From positions 32,001 through 96,000 of IMG/VR virus record IMGVR_UViG_3300027987_000382: DNA of 64,000 nt; one strand, 5' to 3'. The position numbers and the translations under genes are program-made. The notes under the pieces are model-generated. The model saw only the letters and a list, made by a program, of their open reading frames with translations. It ran no database searches and had not been told where the DNA came from. Within the stretch, counting starts at the first letter, position 1; every line of letters starts with the position of its first letter. Below, in pieces: positions 56,799 to 64,000 of the stretch. This stretch comes from a virus.

Positions 56799-59700
56799 AT
56801 GGCCACTGGCACCGTAAAAGACCCGTTCGAAGACTACAAACGCCCCATTTGTGGCGAGTTCGTCGAGATCGGGCAACCAACATTCGCTGAACTTATCTGG
56901 GCTCGAGAAGTTCTAACACGAGCCACAAGCGGCCCCGACCCAGACGTCGCGACGGCCCTCAGGATTATTGCATATAGCAAAGGCCCTGTCGAACTGCCGG
57001 AAATGCGGAAGAAAAAATCCTTCCACGCAATTCCACCGCCAGTAGCATCAGAGGCTGCAGCCGCCAAATACGCAGTCAACGCCAGAAATAACGCCAAAGC
57101 ATACAAGCAGAAAGTCAAGGGCCTCGGCATCGCTAAGACGAGCGTTGAATTTCGCAAACTCGTCGCCAACGACCCAGAAATCCTCTCCGGTGATCCAGAA
57201 CTACTCAACCCATTAGGTCTGGAAGATTGCGTTATGCTTTCTGGTGGCGGGTTCGGTGGAATCACTCCCATCATCACGCCGACAGGATGCCCACCTAGCG
57301 AATGCGTCGTTGACGCTGTTTTCAGCATCGACAATAGCGGCAGTATGGGCCAATCCATTACTAATGTCAAGAACGGTGCGAATCAGATGGCATCTCTGAT
57401 TTCCACCGTTGCCAATGGCAGCTACCGATTCGCTCTAACAAGATTCGGTCAAGGACAAAACAACGGCAACCTTGACGTCCTGTTGGACATGACAAACCGC
57501 AATTGCGGTAATATTACTGAGTTCCAGACTGCCGTCAACACGATGAATGCCTCTGGTAGTACGGAACCGTGGCACCAGCAATTGCTTCAAGTTCAGGGTA
57601 ACGCAGGTCTTCGCTGGACATTCAGAGAAGAGTCGAACGCAAGGATCATCTTCACAATCACAGATGAGTCCGGCAATGTCACCACCGCTGACACATTGGC
57701 AGCCGCATCCAAACTAGGCAGTTGCAACATTCGTTGGGTTCTGATCTGGACCGGACTGATAAACCCTTACAACCAGACATTCCCAAATCGAACTGCTGAT
57801 GGATTCTCGAACGAAGGACAATTTTTCGACGCAATCGCAAAAAGGACTGGTGGCACCTGGGTGTGGGCTCCAAGAGGCACAGATATCGTGCCACTCATGA
57901 CGAGCTTCATCTTCAGCGTCTGTGCCTCAGCTGGTGAACTGGCCGAATGCCCAGGCGGTGTTGACAAAATCCTGAACGGAAGATTCGAAACGAGCATCGC
58001 CAACTGGAATAATCTTTCGACGCTTCCCCGTACGATCAGCTGGAACAGCGGGTTTCAATCACTCGAATTAAATGGGGCCGCTGGTCAAAAGGTCACTGGT
58101 CTTACTCCAGGTGACATCGCTATCATGAGTTTCGACGTCTGGGTCGAAACCACTCCGAGTGCTGCGAAAGCGGACGCCCCACTTGTTCCGCTTTCTGGTC
58201 CTGCGTGCCCAGCTGGGTATTCGCTACTAGACGAGGATGATTGGACTGGTGGCAACACCTCTCTCCAAGGTTGGGATGGCAGTGGGGCAATAGTCGAAAC
58301 AGGTGCTATGAAGTTCGCTACCATCAACGAAGGTGGCGGAACTGGCTCCTTGACAGACAAGTTGATCTTGACGGCCTCAGATAAGATCAAGACTTCGAAT
58401 CCAGATGGCACCGGTCTCACCGATTTGCTAACTGGATCTGGGAATGCACGCGATCTTGATGTTGACACCGTCCAAAAGCACATTTATTGGATGGAAATCA
58501 ACCAAGCGGGCGGCACCGAGAACGCCATTTATCGTGCGAATTTTGATGGCAGTGGTATAACAAAGATCAAGGACGTCGTGTATTCGCTCGGATTGTTTGT
58601 CGAGAGCACCACTCCATCCTACATCTACTACGGCGAAGCATCTGGGTCGTTCAGAATCAGAAGAATGGATCTCGATGGCACGAACGAAATAACTATCGCC
58701 ACCAGCCCACGCCGAGTAGTCAGATTACAAGTAGACAAAGACAACGGCTACATCTATTGGGTTGGATCGTCATCGGCCAGCAACGGCAGCGTCTATCGAT
58801 GCAATCTTGACGGAAGCAATCTGATTGTCATCATCGACGAAACATCTCAGCCAAAGATGGCGAATGCCAGAGGTATCGCCGTCGATAAGGCTAACGGCAA
58901 GATCTACGTCGCAACAGCCACCGACTTGTTATGGATGAATCTGGATGGTTCTGGATTTGCCGACATCGGAGACACAGGCGGTGCTGGCGATGATGTCTGG
59001 ATTGATCCAGTGGCAGGCCGTCTCTACGTTGCAGATGGTGGTACGGACACAGTTTTCAAGTATCGACTCGATGGCAGCAACCGACAACAACTATTCCCAA
59101 CCAGCACAGCCAATTTCAGTGGTGTAACCAGGCTCGCCGCCAATGCTGGATATGTCACCAAAACAAGCACCGGACTCACACCAGGAGATGATTTCAGATT
59201 TGCTGTTGATTTTCAAGCGATTGGTGGGTCCGGAACAGTTGCGATACAATTGTTTGACGGAGCGGTTCTGCTGGCTGAGAAAACCGGTATCACGATCGCC
59301 GCGATCGAGAACATCTCAGCAACTGTCCCAGCAAGCGGACAGATCACTGCAGTCATCAGAGCCATTCCGAATCCAACATTCAGCATGTCCATCAGAGTTT
59401 CTTCCACTTCATTCTGCGTCTCTGGTGCGGTCGGTGGCAGCGGTGGATTGCTGAAGTATAAGCTGCGGAACAATTCTGGCATAGTCTTAACCGAAGACTC
59501 TGTGACCGACTCTGATCTTCAACCTCCAGGCGTGGCTAACGCACAAAGATTCGACCTCTTTACCACAATTGGTATAGATGGGACAATCGAAGTCTTCTTC
59601 ACAGCGGAAGATGGCGACGACGTCGATTTTTATATCGACAACTGTCTGCTGTGCATTCTGAAAGAAGACGACTGCGGCCCAGGAACCAGAAACCTCGTCC

Positions 59701-62700
59701 TCAATCCGAACTTCGAAAGTGGCGTCGAATTCTGGGACGACAGCACGAACACCCCGATTTCGCCAACAGACGACCCAAACGTCTGGGACGACTTGCTCAA
59801 CGCCATCATCGTCAGCATCACCGGTGAGCGGGAAGTCAGAACAACAATCAACGACCTGAAGCCCGGTGCGAACTACAGCGTTAATTTCGAGTTGACATCA
59901 TTCGAACCGGAAGTAATCGGCACTCTCGAATTCATCTACGGTGTTCTGGACTCCAGCGATGTCGTGATCATTCAAGCGACGAAACTCCGTAGCGAGGTCA
60001 ATCCGCCAGAGAGACTGCAAATCGATTTCGTGGCACCAGCCAATGGAATCGCACGAATCTTCTTCAAAGGCGGCATCACTAGTGGTGTGGCCAAAATTCG
60101 CAACGTCCTGTGCTGCGAAAGATCCGGAGAATGTGAGCCGGGATACACAAAACTGTCGTTCAACGACTTTTCGACTGGTCGTGGTGCGTGGGCAGGTGGC
60201 ACATACGACGCAGTCAACCAATTGATGACGTTGGGAGCGACTGGCGGTGGCAATGATATTCTCAGCCAGACGTTTGCAGCACTCGACCCAGGCTCAACGA
60301 TTCAGATCAGCCTCAATGTTCTGAACAGTCCAGGTGGAGTGGGGGTATTCCAAGTTGAATTCCACTCCGATGGTATCATTGACCAATTCAACACCGGCGG
60401 AACACCCGGCATAAAAAGCTTCTCGTCGATCGTCCAAGACAGCGGCCTCGTGCTGATCAGAATCAAGAATCTATCAGCATTTGCCGCCAATCTCGACGAT
60501 ATCCTCGTTTGTGTCCAGAACGCACCGCCTTGCGACGGCAGCATCACGAATCTTGAAGTGCTGGTTGAATGGGACGGGATTCCGCGTAAACCAACCAATC
60601 TGTTCAATGCCATTGTCAGGTACACGATTAGAGATCCGAACGACCCATTCTCCATCTCGACGGTGACGCACATTCCAACGGACGAAGGTGCCCTTGGCCT
60701 GGCTTCTTGCGACCTTTGGAAGCAACAGGGTCAAGGCGGTGCTCCGCAGAATGGAATTTTGGCCTTTGGAATGACTCCATCGTTGGCCGCCACTATCGAT
60801 AATGGCGATTTCGCTAGTGTCGCCACAAGGACAAACTGGGTTTGGTCGATTCCGGACACAGGCGGCATTCAAGACACGCTCTCGATCGCGTTCCCAGATC
60901 CACCAGAGGGTCTGATCGAAAGTGTAGAAGTGTTCTTGCTGATGAATCACGTGACTCCAAGCGGGTCTGATTCGTCGCCGGTTCACCCAGCACCATTGCT
61001 ATGCACACCGGACCTTGCTTCTGAATTGACAGTTTCGATTCGTTACATCAATAGCCAGAATCTGCAGCGTGAGTTCACCAAGAAGATCAACAAGAACGAT
61101 GTCTGGCAGCAAAATGCAGATTTCACTGTCGGTCTCCCGTGGGATACCGATACGCCTCTCGGTAACGGATTAAAGGGTTCCTCCGCACGATGGGAGTCGT
61201 GGGAATTCGTACTAGACGATGTTGATGGCAAGGGCCTAGACCAGTGCACCACGGCTTTGTTCTTTACAGCAACAGGCCAAGGTGTACTCACTTTCCCAGA
61301 ATTCGGTTTTAAGAACTCGAAGGCACGATTTGTCGATGCTTGTTTAGCCGAAATTCTCATCACCGGTCTATCAGCTGGCTCGGCGGTCAATGAAGTCCAG
61401 TCAATCGTTCTGCCGAACCCATCTGGTGGAACTTGGACATTAACTTTCGATTTCGGTACGGTCGAAACGACGGCCACAATCCCGTGGAATGCGTCGGCGA
61501 CGATGGTTCGAAATAAACTCGCGGCGTTGCCGAACATCGGTTCAAACAACAATGTATCAGTCACTGGAACTGGAACTCAGGCCGATCCGTTCCTCGTGAC
61601 ATTCAAGGGAACTCTCGGTGCGACTGACCACAAACTATTGGTGGCAAATGGGTCTGGTCTAACTGGTGCGTCGACCGCATTCGTTACAACAATCACAGAT
61701 GGAACAATCAACGAACGTCAGACGATCACTCGCAACAGTAGCACAGTAACAGCCGACTTGTTGATCACATTCGGCGGACAAACCACTGTTCCTCTTGCAT
61801 ACAACCGCAGCTTGAACGAAGCTCAATCAGCCCTAGAGGGTCTCTCGAGTATCGGTGCTGGAAACGTCACAGTCAGTGGCGACGTGACCGATCGCGACGC
61901 TCCTTACACCGGCCCACTACGAGTCGATTTCATCAACGCTCTTGGCGGCCAGAATGTGTCGCTGATGACCGTATCGCCAGCGTCGCTCTACACCGTCACG
62001 CAGGATTGGATGGGTGGTGTGCCGCCAGCTGGTGGCGTCAATGAGAAACAAGAAGTTACTGTCGAAGCATTTGGCGGCACATTCGTGCTCCGCGTCTTCG
62101 ACATCGGTGGTACGGCCCCAGATATCATAGTCAACACGGTACAAGATGGTGGTAATACCAACGTTGACATTTATGATATTGAATTTGGTGGAACCCTAGC
62201 CGGACAAGATATCACCGCATGTAGAGGATTGTTCTTTTCCCCAAGTGGTGCCTGGAATGCTGAGGTTTCAACTGTCAGAAACGGTGCGGCTGGTACTGAT
62301 CCGATCACCGAAATCCAAAGGTATTCTCTCATCTGGAGTAGCGGGTTCACTACAGGTTCGTGGGACATCCGAAACATCAGCGGTGAATGCAACATCGACC
62401 CGATTTTCTCCTCTATCCAGGGTTTATTGCTAACAGATCTCACGAAGGGTGTTAATCAATCCTCAATCATCAAAGGCGATCTGGAAACAGCATCAGCTAT
62501 CACTGTCGGCGACCTCACTGTGACGAATGTCCAGCTCGCTGGTTCTCTGAATGAGATCCAGACAATCACAATCACAGGCAATCCAACCAGTGGGACATTC
62601 ACCCTTACAATCGCCGGGGAAACAACAGCCCCAATTCCATACAATGCAACCGCGACCCAGGTCCAAAATGCACTCAATTCGCTGATGGCACTTGCTGGAG

Positions 62701-63890
62701 TCACAGTTACCAAATCCGGAAGTCTACCAGGCGATGTCATTTACACCGTCACATTTGGCGGTGCGTCTGGTGGCCAGGATTGGGAAGAATTGGTTCCTGA
62801 CACAACCAATTTGGTTGGTGGTTCGAACTACGCAGACACCGCCGGTATTGCCTACAATGCCGCCGCTGCAGCAGTCAAGTCCGCAATCGTGACCGCAGCT
62901 TCTTGGCTTTCTGACACCGACATCAATGTAACATCAATTCCGGATTTGCCAGAAGGGATGTTCCAATGGATCGTCGAGTGGACCGGTGCATACAAGAGGA
63001 TGGATATTCCTCGTATGCAAGCCGATCCTAGCGGCTCGCAGCTGACAGGTGCACCGATCATTATCGAAGAAGAGGTGAAAGGATCTGGCTCCAACGAGCG
63101 TCAGCGTCTACAGATTCTCCGTGCCACTGGCGGATCGTTCAGAATCACCATCACAATCGGCGGTAAATCGGATACGACCACGCCAATTCCGTGGAATACG
63201 ACAGCCGCAGGTCTCGAAGCTCAACTTCTACAGCTGATGTTCTTCGATACTCCTGGCCAGTTGTCAGTCGTCGATGAATACCCATCGAGTCTACCACCGT
63301 CTCCAATCAATTCGTCTTATATCGTTGTCTTCCAGAAGATCTTCGGCGATGTCCCGCCCATGGTCGCCGATTTCCAAGAGACATTGCTCTGCAACCCAAT
63401 AATTCTGCCGATCGTCGATCCAGGCCCGTACCCGTACCCACTACCAGAATGCGATGATTTGAGCGACATTTCTTGCCAATCTGGACCGCTCCTTTGCAAG
63501 CCGGGTGAAGGAGACGAGCCGATCCCAGAGATCGATTGCTGCGACAACGAGACAATCACGTCTTCCGCCAATTTCTCCAGACGGATTCAAATCGAACGAG
63601 ACCTATTCGATCCGAACAGAAAAGTCAACGGCAAACGATTGACACTCCGAGATCTAGCATTGATCAAGGGGTTGAAGATCAGCGAATATACACCATACGT
63701 GAGGAATTGGAATCTCGGCACTCTGAAAGAAACTTCTTGGACGACCGAGATCTATACGAAACAGAGTTTTGTGTTGATCGAGAATAATCTCGATACGACG
63801 AGAGGACGGCAGAGGATTCTCGGCCATCTCGCCGGTCATCGAGAGATTCTACCAGCACGATTCGTCTGGCCAGAAGGAAATTTCACATAG
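56799..63890 (+). CDS. giant modular putative virion/adhesin protein (vWA, YWTD-like propeller, CBM-like and NExQ repeats)
   Basis: IDNSGSM MIDAS, ITDE; IYW...IYRANFDGS repeats; NGRFET/NPNFES modules; repeated NE(V/I/K/R)Q...GG(T/S)(F/W)xL...IPWNA(T/S)A units; GAGG SD. Confidence 0.8.
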   Translation: MATGTVKDPFEDYKRPICGEFVEIGQPTFAELIWAREVLTRATSGPDPDVATALRIIAYSKGPVELPEMRKKKSFHAIPPPVASEAAAAKYAVNARNNAKAYKQKVKGLGIAKTSVEFRKLVANDPEILSGDPELLNPLGLEDCVMLSGGGFGGITPIITPTGCPPSECVVDAVFSIDNSGSMGQSITNVKNGANQMASLISTVANGSYRFALTRFGQGQNNGNLDVLLDMTNRNCGNITEFQTAVNTMNASGSTEPWHQQLLQVQGNAGLRWTFREESNARIIFTITDESGNVTTADTLAAASKLGSCNIRWVLIWTGLINPYNQTFPNRTADGFSNEGQFFDAIAKRTGGTWVWAPRGTDIVPLMTSFIFSVCASAGELAECPGGVDKILNGRFETSIANWNNLSTLPRTISWNSGFQSLELNGAAGQKVTGLTPGDIAIMSFDVWVETTPSAAKADAPLVPLSGPACPAGYSLLDEDDWTGGNTSLQGWDGSGAIVETGAMKFATINEGGGTGSLTDKLILTASDKIKTSNPDGTGLTDLLTGSGNARDLDVDTVQKHIYWMEINQAGGTENAIYRANFDGSGITKIKDVVYSLGLFVESTTPSYIYYGEASGSFRIRRMDLDGTNEITIATSPRRVVRLQVDKDNGYIYWVGSSSASNGSVYRCNLDGSNLIVIIDETSQPKMANARGIAVDKANGKIYVATATDLLWMNLDGSGFADIGDTGGAGDDVWIDPVAGRLYVADGGTDTVFKYRLDGSNRQQLFPTSTANFSGVTRLAANAGYVTKTSTGLTPGDDFRFAVDFQAIGGSGTVAIQLFDGAVLLAEKTGITIAAIENISATVPASGQITAVIRAIPNPTFSMSIRVSSTSFCVSGAVGGSGGLLKYKLRNNSGIVLTEDSVTDSDLQPPGVANAQRFDLFTTIGIDGTIEVFFTAEDGDDVDFYIDNCLLCILKEDDCGPGTRNLVLNPNFESGVEFWDDSTNTPISPTDDPNVWDDLLNAIIVSITGEREVRTTINDLKPGANYSVNFELTSFEPEVIGTLEFIYGVLDSSDVVIIQATKLRSEVNPPERLQIDFVAPANGIARIFFKGGITSGVAKIRNVLCCERSGECEPGYTKLSFNDFSTGRGAWAGGTYDAVNQLMTLGATGGGNDILSQTFAALDPGSTIQISLNVLNSPGGVGVFQVEFHSDGIIDQFNTGGTPGIKSFSSIVQDSGLVLIRIKNLSAFAANLDDILVCVQNAPPCDGSITNLEVLVEWDGIPRKPTNLFNAIVRYTIRDPNDPFSISTVTHIPTDEGALGLASCDLWKQQGQGGAPQNGILAFGMTPSLAATIDNGDFASVATRTNWVWSIPDTGGIQDTLSIAFPDPPEGLIESVEVFLLMNHVTPSGSDSSPVHPAPLLCTPDLASELTVSIRYINSQNLQREFTKKINKNDVWQQNADFTVGLPWDTDTPLGNGLKGSSARWESWEFVLDDVDGKGLDQCTTALFFTATGQGVLTFPEFGFKNSKARFVDACLAEILITGLSAGSAVNEVQSIVLPNPSGGTWTLTFDFGTVETTATIPWNASATMVRNKLAALPNIGSNNNVSVTGTGTQADPFLVTFKGTLGATDHKLLVANGSGLTGASTAFVTTITDGTINERQTITRNSSTVTADLLITFGGQTTVPLAYNRSLNEAQSALEGLSSIGAGNVTVSGDVTDRDAPYTGPLRVDFINALGGQNVSLMTVSPASLYTVTQDWMGGVPPAGGVNEKQEVTVEAFGGTFVLRVFDIGGTAPDIIVNTVQDGGNTNVDIYDIEFGGTLAGQDITACRGLFFSPSGAWNAEVSTVRNGAAGTDPITEIQRYSLIWSSGFTTGSWDIRNISGECNIDPIFSSIQGLLLTDLTKGVNQSSIIKGDLETASAITVGDLTVTNVQLAGSLNEIQTITITGNPTSGTFTLTIAGETTAPIPYNATATQVQNALNSLMALAGVTVTKSGSLPGDVIYTVTFGGASGGQDWEELVPDTTNLVGGSNYADTAGIAYNAAAAAVKSAIVTAASWLSDTDINVTSIPDLPEGMFQWIVEWTGAYKRMDIPRMQADPSGSQLTGAPIIIEEEVKGSGSNERQRLQILRATGGSFRITITIGGKSDTTTPIPWNTTAAGLEAQLLQLMFFDTPGQLSVVDEYPSSLPPSPINSSYIVVFQKIFGDVPPMVADFQETLLCNPIILPIVDPGPYPYPLPECDDLSDISCQSGPLLCKPGEGDEPIPEIDCCDNETITSSANFSRRIQIERDLFDPNRKVNGKRLTLRDLALIKGLKISEYTPYVRNWNLGTLKETSWTTEIYTKQSFVLIENNLDTTRGRQRILGHLAGHREILPARFVWPEGNFT

Positions 63891-63899
63891 AGGCCACCC

Positions 63900-64000
63900 A
63901 TGTCATTTCAAGACATCAAAATTCACCGCGATTTTCAGGTCATCAATGACTTCGTGCAGATCCCTCCCAACAATGAGACGGATAAGACGCGAGTCACACC
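63900..64000 (+). CDS. partial ORF running off the window
   Basis: GAGG SD, ATG 63900, MSFQDIKIHRDFQVINDFVQIP... Confidence 0.55.
   Translation, partial: MSFQDIKIHRDFQVINDFVQIPPNNETDKTRVT

Noticed and set aside
1-64000. tRNA/rRNA genes and alternative genetic code
   Set aside because: No cloverleaf or rRNA recognised by eye. Long conserved ORFs read intact in the standard code, and TAA, TAG and TGA are all used as stops.

Overview
This 64 kb window is densely coded on both strands and looks like part of a large (jumbo-type) dsDNA phage genome. This is an inference from gene content; no capsid or terminase gene lies in the window. It carries a natively split DnaE-type DNA polymerase, Mre11/Rad50 (gp47/gp46-like) genes, a DinG-like helicase, sigma-like proteins, a PurZ-like adenylosuccinate synthetase, an actin-like ATPase, a large glycosylation/heptose/methyltransferase set and a 2363-aa modular virion-type protein. 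The stand-out locus is 4722-8511. There, a group II-like YADD reverse transcriptase is divergent from an operon in which three diverged ~145-nt structured RNA units are interleaved with three paralogous unknown proteins. Each RNA unit has a long terminal stem, covarying internal helices and a covarying pseudoknot, and G-U pairs favour the minus strand. The RT appears to carry two frameshifts. Other highlights: a ~570-nt structured intergenic region (26600-27170), a dispersed YEGLEDADEF peptide tag with MKLxxIxE leaders, and a catalytically degenerate RNase H. All calls are by eye from motifs; no database searches were run.
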